From Octopus sinensis (Eukaryota), in assembly GCF_006345805.1 (NCBI RefSeq), contig NW_021824214.1, positions 1 through 19,487 of the forward strand: 19,487 bases of DNA, in the 5' to 3' direction. The notes under the pieces are model-generated. The model was not told the DNA's origin. It did not search any database and saw only the letters and a list, made by a program, of their open reading frames with translations. This document shows, one piece after another, positions 9,193 to 18,672 of the stretch (position 1 is its first letter; each line of letters begins with the position of its first letter). Both the position numbers and the translations under genes were made by a program.

Positions 9193-9760
9193 GGCGAGCT
9201 TGGCAGAAATGTTAGCACGCCCTCACGAAATGCTTAGCGGTACTTCGTCTGCCGTTACGTTCTGAGTTCAAATTTCGCCGAGGTCGACTTTGCCTTTCAT
9301 CCTTTCGGGGTCGATTGAATAAGTACCTGTTACGCACTGGGGTCGATATAATCGCCTTAATCCGTTTGTTCTTGTTTGTCCTCTGTGTGTTTAGCCCCTT
9401 GTGGGTAGTAAAGAAATAGGTATTTCGTCTGTTGTTACGTTCTGAGTTCAAATTCCGCCGAGGTCGACTTTGCCTTTCATCTTTTTGGGGCCGATTAAAT
9501 AAGTACCAGTTGCGCACTGGGGTCGATATAATCAACTTAATCTGTTTGTCTGTCCTTGTTTGTCCTCTCTGTGTTTAGCCTCCTGTGGGTAGAGAAGAAA
9601 TAGGTATCTGTTTTTATGCTCTGAGCTCAAATTCAGCCGAGGTCGACTTTACCTTTCGGGATCGATAAATTATGTAGCAGTTGCGTACTGGGGTCGATCT
9701 AATCGACTGGCCGCCTCTTCAAAATTTTCGGGCCTTGTGACTAGTGTAGAGAAGATTATT
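9193..9760 (+). mobile_element. tRNA-derived SINE, family 2, head-to-tail trimer
   Basis: Head GGCGAGCTTGGCAGAAATGTTAG, B-box GAGTTCAAAT, central GTCGACTTTGCCTTTCATCCTTTCGGGGTCGA domain. The body repeats at a ~180-184 bp period (9239, 9419, 9603); the third unit has a different tail. A monomer lies at 19169-19403. Confidence 0.88.
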
Positions 9761-9846
9761 TTGGTCCCTTTTGGTAATTTCTTTCATACCTATACCTCCC
9801 CATCCTCTTCAAAGCAACCTGTATTAGCCTCCTTTTTGATACAGGC

Positions 9847-9847
<1 letters not shown>

Positions 9848-9889
<42 letters not shown>

Positions 9890-10270
9890 GTATGTACATA
9901 TGTACGTATGCATGTTTGTATGTTTGTATGTATGTGTGTGTACATATATATATTTATAGAGAGAGAGAGAGAGGGAGAGGGAGAGAGAGAGAAGATAATC
10001 TATATATGTATACGTACATATAAAACGCATATATGTATATATGTGTGTTTGCGTGTGTATATCTATATATATGTGTGTGAGTGTAGATGTCCTTATGTGT
10101 GTATGTGTGCGTGTGGGTGCATGTGTGAGAGTGAAATAGACGGAGATAAACTATATATGTGCGTATGTATACGTATATATAAAACGTATGAGTGTGTTTG
10201 CGTGTGTGTGTATGTGTATATGTGTATATACATTTATTCATGTGGGTGTGAGTGTGTGCGTGTGTGTATG

Positions 10271-10303
<33 letters not shown>

Positions 10304-10830
10304 ACGTAATGAATGTTCCGGCTTGCCAAAGTTAAAGCAACAAGTGAGATAAATTGAGTGAAATTCGAGAAAGTTTTCAGCTGAAATTGCGCACGTGTTG
10401 TTTGTTTGTGTGTATTTGCGTGTGTGTGTGTCTGTGTGTGTGTGTGTGTGTGCGTGCGCAGGCGCGTGACTGAAAAAGAGGCAATCCACTAAATGTAAAC
10501 ATTTACACAAGCAAACACACACACACACACACACATTCACACATATTCACATACATAGACGGACACAAAGACAGCCATCCGCACACATACACACACACAT
10601 TTATGTATGCGTGGAACTATTTTGCGATTGTGTGTGTATGTGTGTTTTGTGTGTCTATGTGTGTGTGTGTGCGTGCATGTGTGTGTGTGTATGTGTACGT
10701 GTGTGCGTACGTGTGTGTGCGCGGGTGTATGTGCATGTGTGTGTGTGCATGTGTGTGCGAATACGTGTGTGTGTGTGTGTGCGTGCGTGTGTGTGCGTGT
10801 GTGTGCTACCTGTAAATAGTGTATGTGTTG
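9848..10830. repeat. Compound CA/TA/GA/TG microsatellite field
   Basis: Direct reading; short unique interruptions. Confidence 0.9.
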
Positions 10831-10907
10831 AAAGATGAATGGTTGACCTTGTTTGCCGACTAACTTTTATTTACGTGTTTGTGAGAGAGAGTGAGTGTGT
10901 GTGTACG

Positions 10908-10954
10908 TGGATAGATAGATAGATAGATAGATAGAGAGAGAGATAAATAGATAG

Positions 10955-11015
<61 letters not shown>

Positions 11016-11016
11016 T

Positions 11017-11072
<56 letters not shown>

Positions 11073-11190
11073 CAGATCGATAGATAGATAGACAAATAGA
11101 TAGACGGACGGACGGACAGACAGACAGACAGACAGGCAGGCAGATAGATAAATAAGTAAATCGATAGATAGATAGAAAGATCGATACATA
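10908..11190. repeat. (GATA)n/(TA)n/(GACA)n compound microsatellite
   Basis: Direct reading. Confidence 0.95.
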
Positions 11191-11374
11191 CATACATTTT
11201 TATGTATGTATATGTATATTATATATGTATATATTATATAACTATGGATCATGTATACATATAAAATATATGTGTGTGTTTGAGAGTGTATGTGAATAAG
11301 AGAGAGAGAGAGTAGAGATATATAGATGTATATATTACACCTGTTTAGCTGAGCACTATACACAATAATTTTAT

Positions 11375-11386
11375 TTATTATTATTA

Positions 11387-11426
<40 letters not shown>

Positions 11427-11517
11427 TATTGTTGTTGTTGTTGTTATTATTATTATTATTGTTGTTGTTGTTGTTGTTGTTATTATTATTGTTGTTGTTG
11501 TTGTTGTTGTCGTTGTT

Positions 11518-11557
<40 letters not shown>

Positions 11558-11564
11558 CCATCAC

Positions 11565-11618
<54 letters not shown>

Positions 11619-11630
11619 TATTATTATTAT
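11375..11630. repeat. Compound trinucleotide repeat (ATT)n-(GTT)n-(CAT)n-(ATT)n
   Basis: Direct reading. Confidence 0.95.
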
Positions 11631-12182
11631 CAAGTATATGTATATTATAGGTATATATTATACATGTGCAATGTACTCATATAGAATATATGAGTGTGTG
11701 TGCCTGTGTGTGTGCCTCTGTGTGTGTGTGTGCCTGTGTGTGTGTGCCTGTGTGTGTGTGCCTGTGTGTGTGTGAGAGAGAGAGAGAGAATAGATGTATA
11801 TAGCTATGCATATGCATACACACACACACACATATATATATATATACATACATATATATATATATGTGTGTGTGTGTGTGTATGTGTGTGTATGCATTTA
11901 TGTATTTATGTATAAATTCTGTTTAGCTGTTTCTGTTGTGTATGCATACTTATATGTATACGTGCACTGTATTCTTATAGAATATGTATGTGTGTGTATG
12001 TGTGTGTAAGTGTGTGTGTGTGCGTGTGAGTGTGTGTGTATTATATCTGATTAGTAATTTCTATTTGGAAGGCAGTATTGTTTGTTTTGGCAGAGATGCT
12101 GGACTAGGTAGGAATCTCTCTCCTTGGCTCGGGTATGGTTCCTCGCTTGAAATATTCACTTCACAACATCGCAGCTGGATAA

Positions 12183-12266
12183 GACCCTGAAGAAGCTGCA
12201 CCGATAATAATGCCAGGCTGCATGTGCAACTGCCAGTAGTCTGTGCGGCAGAAACACGTGTTGGTC
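12183..12266 (+). ncRNA. Type I hammerhead ribozyme motif (Penelope-like)
   Basis: GACC-CTGAAGA-A-GCTGCAC...GTGCGGC-A-GAAA-CACGTG-T-T-GGTC: 4-bp stem I, 7-bp stem II, palindromic stem III ACACGTGT, GUU site; A.A at 10.1/11.1. Confidence 0.7.
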
Positions 12267-12572
12267 ATAATAATATACTGTATAAAATTGTTAAATAAGA
12301 GAAAATAAATTTTGAGGATGAACAAATTTTCCATATTTTATATAATTATTACTAATATATTGCTCCAAATAATATTACTGTCCAGTGAAGCGAACCCGGG
12401 ATTACTTATCGGAAGAATCCACAGAGAGACTGACAGCTAATAGCAGTCACAGACCTTGAATACTGATCGATGTGGTTAGCCGTAAACTGGAACCGAACTG
12501 AGAGCCATCACGGTATCTGGCCGGATAATGTATCCCTGAAAACTCTCTCTCTCTCTCTTTTACACTCACACA

Positions 12573-12622
<50 letters not shown>

Positions 12623-12720
12623 GTATGTGTGTATGTATGTATATGTATGTGTATGTATGTGTATGTTTGTGTATGTGTATGTTGGTATAAGTCCATGTGC
12701 ATGTACATATATATGTATAT

Positions 12721-13222
12721 ATACAAAATAAGAAAATGGAGAAATACATCTAAATCAAATATCAATTACCAGATAATACTCAATCACATACTTTATTATA
12801 CCAACACATAAGAAACTATAGGGTTAAACATAAAAAAGTAGAGCAAAACAGTGTACATAAAGGAGTATACATAAAAAAGTGTACATAAAAGAGTAAAGTT
12901 ATACAATAAGTAGAATATATATAAGAGAATATAAATGTAAGTAAATATAAATATAAATATAGATTACATCTTACAGCTGTTTCGGCCATGTAGATAAGTA
13001 TGTCTCATTCATCTTATATTAGCCTTTTATGGTAGGTCAGTATAACATTACTCTTTTATGTACACTTTTTATGCATACTCCTTTATGTACACTGTTTTGC
13101 TCTACTTTTTTATGTTTAACCCTATAGTTTCTTATGTGGTGGTATAATAAAGTATGTGATTGAGTATTATCTGGTAATTGATATTTGATTTAGATGTATT
13201 TTTCCATTTTCTTATTTTGTAT
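12721..13222 (-). mobile_element. Inverted-repeat element (~184-bp arms) with a hammerhead 3'-half in the spacer
   Basis: Arms 12721-12904 and 13040-13222 differ at about 5 positions. The spacer reads GGCC-GAAA-CAGCTG-T-A on the minus strand (12972-12987). The left end abuts (TA)n. Confidence 0.8.
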
Positions 13223-13393
13223 TATGAATTTGTGGTAAAACATTTTACCTTTCCCTTTTTAATACAGTAAATGAATTGATTGCATCGCAATCCTTAACAT
13301 TTATGTATTAACTTTGTTAGGTACTTCACTAGCAGTATATTGGATATATGTTATCCCATGGAGGGTTGCATTTACAACCCCTATCTCATTTTG

Positions 13394-13396
<3 letters not shown>

Positions 13397-13438
<42 letters not shown>

Positions 13439-13567
13439 TATGTGTATCTATCTATCTATCTCTCTATATATATATATGTATATATATGTATATATATCTA
13501 AATATATATATATATATATACATATATACGTATATATATATGTATATACGTATATATATATATATAC

Positions 13568-13607
<40 letters not shown>

Positions 13608-13629
13608 ATACACACACCACACACACACA

Positions 13630-13675
<46 letters not shown>
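13397..13675. repeat. (TA)n-dominated microsatellite
   Basis: Direct reading. Confidence 0.95.
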
Positions 13676-13677
<2 letters not shown>

Positions 13678-14176
13678 GGTAAGTCAATGAATAGTAATAC
13701 TTTGCTGCGTTAATTGTAAACATACAAAACGAATTAGCGAAAATGTTCACTATGAATACAAAAAAAGAAAAAGAAAGAAAGAAAGAAAAAAAGAAAGGAA
13801 GGAAGGAAGGAAGGAAGAAAGAAAGGAAGAAAAGCTATCAAGTCTGGTTACTATTAATTAGCTAAAATGAAGGAAAAGTCACTCGATAGAGACATCAAGA
13901 AACACTTAAATTCATAACCAGTCTCTGGAAAACAAGTTGATTTTTAACCTCTAAAGTTACACATCGCCATGAACCGTAGCGAGTCACTGTCTTCGAATGT
14001 CCTTCTTAGTTAACTAATTAATCGTTCTAATCATGATTCTTTTTTGTTTTCTTTCACTCTTTTGCCTGAACTGATCAATGTCGTTAATTCGTTTGGTGTG
14101 ACAGAATGGACCATTCTTGAACCACTTGTCATTCTTGGGGATGACTGATAATTTGTGTAATGATTTTTGTTCAAAG

Positions 14177-14270
14177 CACTGGTTCTCGACCGGGGTTTAT
14201 ATGGCCCCCAATGGTCCATATAGGATTTTTAGGGGTCCACAATAGTATTTTAAGGGCCCCTAAAAAAAGT
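14177..14270 (+). mobile_element. Possible hAT-type MITE end
   Basis: CACTGGTTCTCGACCGGGG resembles the CAGTGGTTCTCAACC hAT terminus; no matching opposite end found; followed by a SINE. Confidence 0.4.
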
Positions 14271-14294
14271 TTGCTTTAAATGTATATATTGGTA

Positions 14295-14682
14295 TACTCT
14301 TTTACTCTTTTACTTGTTTCAGTCATTTGACTGCGGCCATGCTGGAGCACCGCCTTTAATCGAGCAACTTATTCTTTGTAAGGACTTATTCTTTGTAAGC
14401 CCAGTACTTATTCTATCGGTCTCTTTTGCCGAACCGCTAAGTGACGGGGACATAAACACACCAGCATCGGTTGTCAAGCAATGCTTGGGGGTCAAACACA
14501 GACACACATACATACACGCACATATATATATATACATATATACGACGGGCTTCTTTCAGTTTCCATCTACCAAATTCACTCACAAGGGTTTGGTCGGCCC
14601 GAGGCTATAGTAGAAAGACACTTGTGGGACTGAACCCGGAACTATGTGGCTGGTAAACAAGCTACTTACCACACAGCCACTC
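14295..14682 (-). mobile_element. tRNA-derived SINE, family 1
   Basis: Reverse complement of the 1898-2355 element, with a shorter internal microsatellite, an ~18-bp deletion in the CORE-like segment and a duplicated CTTATTCTTTGTAAG. Confidence 0.88.
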
Positions 14683-14754
14683 ACGGGTTTTTTTTTTCTC
14701 TAACATTTTCACTTCTTTATTGTCCACTTGCCACCGCAATTGCCATCGCCGAAT

Positions 14755-14800
14755 CTACCAGATCACGTGGTTTCGGCATTCCATTGTCTCGTCAATGTAA
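14755..14800 (-). ncRNA. Degenerate type I hammerhead motif
   Basis: Minus strand reads TTGACGA-GAC...GCC-GAAA-CCACGTGA-T-C-TGGTAG; C3 is changed to T; homologous to 15038-15084. Confidence 0.55.
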
Positions 14801-15227
14801 ACAAGATAGCTTATATGCCCTGAAAGCAAATATGAGAGCTTCTCTGATGGTAACCAATGCTCTATTCTATGTTCTGACACAACGTCCGCTTTTGCATTTT
14901 GGCATTTATAATGCTTCTGTCGCCGATTGTTATTTTTTAATGAGCCTACTGGTTATTCACATCAGGGCCTGTTTGTGAATAGTGATTCAGTGTGTACCGC
15001 TAACAGAGATACCGCTTCTGTCTCTAACCCTGAGCGTCTACCCCTGACAAGACCAGGGAAGGCCGAAATGACGTGATCTGGTAGTCTCAGCGGTGACAGT
15101 GGCGTGTGATTTATCTCCCCCCGCTATCGATATAAACAAATGTGCTTATATGCACCGGAATCCAATATGAGAGTTTCTCTCGTGGTGACTATCGCAGGAT
15201 TTTCTGTTCTAACACAACATCCACTTC
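14799..15227. repeat. Diverged direct repeat pair (~90 bp) in a Penelope-like remnant cluster
   Basis: 14799-14892 and 15135-15227 align (GCTTATATGC...AATATGAGAG.TTCTCT..TGGT.AC...TGTTCT.ACACAAC.TCC.CTT). Confidence 0.7.
15038..15084 (+). ncRNA. Degenerate type I hammerhead motif
   Basis: CTACCC-CTGACAA-GACC(AGGGAA)GGCC-GAAA-TGACGTGA-T-C-TGGTAG; G8 is changed to A; stem III is one change from the palindrome ATCACGTGAT. Confidence 0.6.
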
Positions 15228-15523
15228 GAAGTGGAGATAAATATTACTCTTTGGTGTTAGTACTGCTTCTGTCGCTAATAATTATTTTGTGTGTGTGTGT
15301 GTGTGTGTGTATATCCCTGTCTGTGTGCATATATATACACGCATGCACATATATATAGTGTATGTATGTATGTATGTATGTATGTATGTATGTATGTGTG
15401 TGTGTGTGTGCATGCGTGTGTGCATGTACGTATGTATGTCTGTGTATGTGTGTGTGTGACCATCATTATCATCATCGTTTTAATGTCTACAATCCATTCA
15501 CACAACTTTCAGCGGCTCGAGAA

Positions 15524-15611
15524 TATAGAAGACACTTGGCCAAGGTGCCGCGCAGTGGCACTGAACCCGAAACCACATGGAAGGGAGGCGAATTTCTCAT
15601 CCAGCCACCTA
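15524..15611 (-). mobile_element. SINE family 1-related 5' fragment
   Basis: TAGAAGACACTTGGCCAAGGTGCCGCGCAGTGGCACTGAACCCGAAACCACATGG is the reverse complement of the family 1 head and CORE-like segment. Confidence 0.75.
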
Positions 15612-15715
15612 CATATATGAAACATATGTGTATACACGGACGCGCGCGCGTACATACACACACATTTTTTTATCTTTTGCATATTTCAGTCACTGGACCC
15701 TAGCCATGCCGGGGC

Positions 15716-16239
15716 GCGAAATTTTCTTCCCATGAGAGTTCCAGACCCCAGTAATGAACTCATTTGCATACAGCCAATCAGAGCTCACCTTGACCTTGTT
15801 GTCAACAAACACACTTTACCAAGTAAAGTCAAGATGAAGAACGGTGCTATAAGTCGACCGATCACCAAGTTATGCCTGATTTTAGGAGACAAGTAATTAG
15901 ATAGATTTGCATCTATACCTATTATCAGATTTTGTTAGGGCCCCATATGGTAAAGATGTGGATGGGGAAAATGTGGGAAGAGGGTGATGTGCTAGCAGCC
16001 CTCTCCCCTTACTGTTTTACAAAGTAACTACGCAGAGGCAGCCATGATTGAAACAAGAACAAGAGCAACAAGCATTCTTAAAAGAGAAAAGAAGCGTGGT
16101 TATTCCTTAGCCAAGTGACATTATCTTATCGCCCATCACTTGTTATGCGCTCATGAATTAGTTTGATAGTAGAGCTCTGATTGGCTGTATGCAAATGAGT
16201 TCATAACTGGTCCGGAACTCTCGTGGGAAAAAAATTCGC
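15716..16239. mobile_element. Non-autonomous inverted-repeat DNA element (Kolobok-like, family uncertain)
   Basis: ~70-bp inverted arms at 15716-15786 and 16172-16239, including a perfect 33-bp match (15754-15786 / 16172-16204). Outer ends and TSD are unresolved. Confidence 0.7.
15762..15781. promoter_or_regulatory. Octamer (ATTTGCAT) plus CCAAT box pair
   Basis: ATTTGCAT 15762-15769 and AGCCAATCAG 15772-15781, mirrored at 16177-16196; third octamer at 15905-15912. Motif presence only; function not shown. Confidence 0.35.
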
Positions 16240-16511
16240 TGCCGGGGCTCCTCTTTGAAGGGTTTAGTCCTGTGATGCCCAACGTGGGACATATGCCCCA
16301 CCGGTGGAGCCTGGGAAAATTGTGGTAGAGCATTGTGCCGTAGTTAGCAAGCACAAGGTTCTCGTTAAACTCATTAAAATAAGATGCTTTTTTTCTCTCT
16401 TGGTCAATATTGTACCTTATTCCTGACTCAGTATTTAATAAAAGAGTAGAATCTTCTCTTTCAAAGAATTCTGATAAAATATATATAACGAACTAACTTT
16501 TACTTTCTCAG

Positions 16512-16528
16512 ATGCAGCACGGATTTTT
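16512..16528 (+). other. Candidate 17-nt microexon (or 5' part of a longer exon)
   Basis: ACTAAC branch-point motif 16492-16497, TTTTACTTTCTCAG acceptor ending 16511, GTAAGT donor at 16529. One frame also stays open from 16511 to 16864. Confidence 0.3.
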
Positions 16529-17117
16529 GTAAGTGAACAGGTCGCGGTCTTAAAGCGACGAAAATATTTTGACAAATTAAACTTAAATGTTGAAGTGAAT
16601 CGAACGGCTTTTGTGTGTTTCTTAAATGGCTTACAAACACCTTCCACGCTGCAATTGATTAAAAATAAAGTTGGGGTTTTTTTTTCAGTCACTGGTGGAG
16701 CATATATTTTTCTGGAAAGTTATAGTGGCGCTTGTGGGGAAGATAAGTTGAGAAAAACTGCTTTATTCGAACAAACCGACCATAATACTTTCTTTCTAAG
16801 TTTGGTGTCGTATTTCATCGGGCATTTCGGTTCAGAGATAGTTTTACCCTTAGCGTCACAGTGAAGTTCTGGTGATCTGATGAGCAAGATTTCTTTATTT
16901 GCATTCATGTGTGAATATCCAGTTGAATTGTCTAATTTTCTAAGCACATCGTCTTACCATATACAATATTGTATAGGGTTCGACGATCTAAACTATTTTT
17001 CAGCATATTGGCACAGAAATCTTTTTTTCTTTTTGCCCTTATTTATAATTGTATACATATATATGTTCGCCGAACAGAGAAGATGGCTTTGAAGTCGAAG
17101 ATTTTAAACTAGCGTAT

Positions 17118-17223
17118 ATCGCCTGAGGAAACACAACTGGATCTTATTATGCAAACAAACAATTGCATAATCAAGTATATGTGTTCTTGGAGAACTACGT
17201 TGTGTCGAAACAATTGCCGTGAT
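17118..17223 (+). ncRNA. Degenerate type I hammerhead motif
   Basis: ATCGC-CTGAGGA-A-ACACAAC...GTTGTGT-C-GAAA-CAATTG-C-C-GTGAT followed by AATAAA. U16.1 is changed to C; stem II has an apical TTATGCAA/TTGCATAA stem. Confidence 0.65.
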
Positions 17224-17322
17224 TAATAAATACATATCCAACTGTACTTCTTGACTCCAATTTCTTCAATTTTATATTCACATAAGACGACCGCCCAAGT
17301 TAAAATTTGGAAGTATATGATA

Positions 17323-17463
17323 TTAGGTTGTCCCAAAAGTTCGTAAACACTTGCGAAATTTGAATTTTTACTCGCCAAGTACTAACAAAAACAACAAAAA
17401 TTATTCCTCAAAATAAAGACCATTATTTTCCAAGACTTTCTACGAACTTTTGGGACAACCTTA
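17323..17463. mobile_element. Mariner-like MITE (141 bp)
   Basis: 23-bp TIRs TTAGGTTGTCCCAAAAGTTCGTA / TACGAACTTTTGGGACAACCTTA (1 mismatch), flanked by TA on both sides. Confidence 0.85.
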
Positions 17464-17468
17464 TAATA

Positions 17469-17728
17469 CAGGGTGTCCCAAAAGTCTCTCCGCAGTAAGT
17501 TTTCACTGGAAAATGAATATATATAAGATGGTATAAAACTAGAAAAGAATATATTAGACTTTACAAGACTTTAAAAAACTTTACAAGAGGTGTTCAAACT
17601 GTCGTTCTTCGTTTTTAAGACATAAGTTGACTCTTCTACAGATGTTTTGAAATACCTCTTGGAGAAACTGACTCTTGGAGAGTCAGGATATAAAAAAATC
17701 ACTACGGAGAGACTTTTTGAACACCCTA
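17469..17728. mobile_element. Tc1/mariner-like MITE (260 bp)
   Basis: 28-bp TIRs CAGGGTGTCCCAAAAGTCTCTCCGCAGT / ACTACGGAGAGACTTTTTGAACACCCTA (24/28 match), TA at 17467-68 and 17729-30. Confidence 0.82.
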
Positions 17729-18118
17729 TACCAACTATAGCATTGGGTAATCTCGAAGGTGGACAAATTTTCTATTGTACTCTTCCACGTTTCTAACGAA
17801 ATATAACATAACTATGTGTGTGTGTATACACACACACACCACACACACACTTGATTGTGATGTTGAACTTAAAAATGGTCTATGACTATTTAATTTTTTC
17901 CCACTAGGCCGCTGGTGGCAAAAAAATTCTACAAAATTTTTTTTGCCACCCTATATTGATTATTATGATTTTCTGGTTAATTCCGTAATGGAATCGGCGG
18001 CTTATATTATTTGCTGCCGATAAATTGGCGCGAGTGCGATGATTTGAAAATTTTAGGTCAGATATTGCCGAGGCAGGGACGGGAATGCCTCGTGAAAAAT
18101 ATCTGTTCCGACTTGGCT

Positions 18119-18225
18119 ATTTCTTACTGATGAATCTAAGGGCCTATGGTAGATTGGCTTGATTTAATTTAATCAGGTTAGTTTACCATTAAACAGTAGA
18201 CGAAACGGTGCATCGTATAAGAAAT
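18119..18225 (+). ncRNA. Type I hammerhead ribozyme motif (near-intact)
   Basis: ATTTCTTA-CTGATGA-A-TCTA...TAGA-C-GAAA-CGGTGCATCG-T-A-TAAGAAAT: 8-bp stem I, intact core, near-palindromic stem III, GUA site; A.C at 10.1/11.1. Confidence 0.78.
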
Positions 18226-18347
18226 TACAGGGTAAATGTTTTTTAATTTTCTCCTGGTTTTTACGGAATTGATGTTATTTTGCGGTTAAAGCTTTTGGCT
18301 GTTATTTCTAGTGGGTGAATGGCCTATTATGGCCGTTCCTTGATTGT

Positions 18348-18527
18348 GATATATATACATATATATATATATATGTATGTGTAAACATATATACATATCT
18401 ATCTATCTGTATGTATGTATGTATGTATGTATGTATGTATGTATGCATGCATGTATGTATGTAATGTATGTATGTTATGTATGTAAGTATGTATTTATAT
18501 ATACATGCATATATATATATATATATA

Positions 18528-18560
<33 letters not shown>

Positions 18561-18606
18561 TTAATCAATATATTATATATATATATATATCTATATATAG
18601 ATATAT

Positions 18607-18650
<44 letters not shown>

Positions 18651-18672
18651 TGATGTGTATGTGTGTATGTGT
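18348..18672. repeat. (TA)n/(TATG)n compound microsatellite
   Basis: Direct reading. Confidence 0.95.

Noticed and set aside
16435-16947. Minus-strand ORFs of 85 and 75 aa
   Set aside because: No recognisable motif or splice context; they overlap the plus-strand candidate frame.
17914-17950. Short hairpin GGTGGCAAAAAAATT/AATTTTTTTTGCCACC as a terminator
   Set aside because: The context is eukaryotic; more likely a fragment of a Tc1-like end (TA|TAGGGTG on the minus strand), too short to classify.
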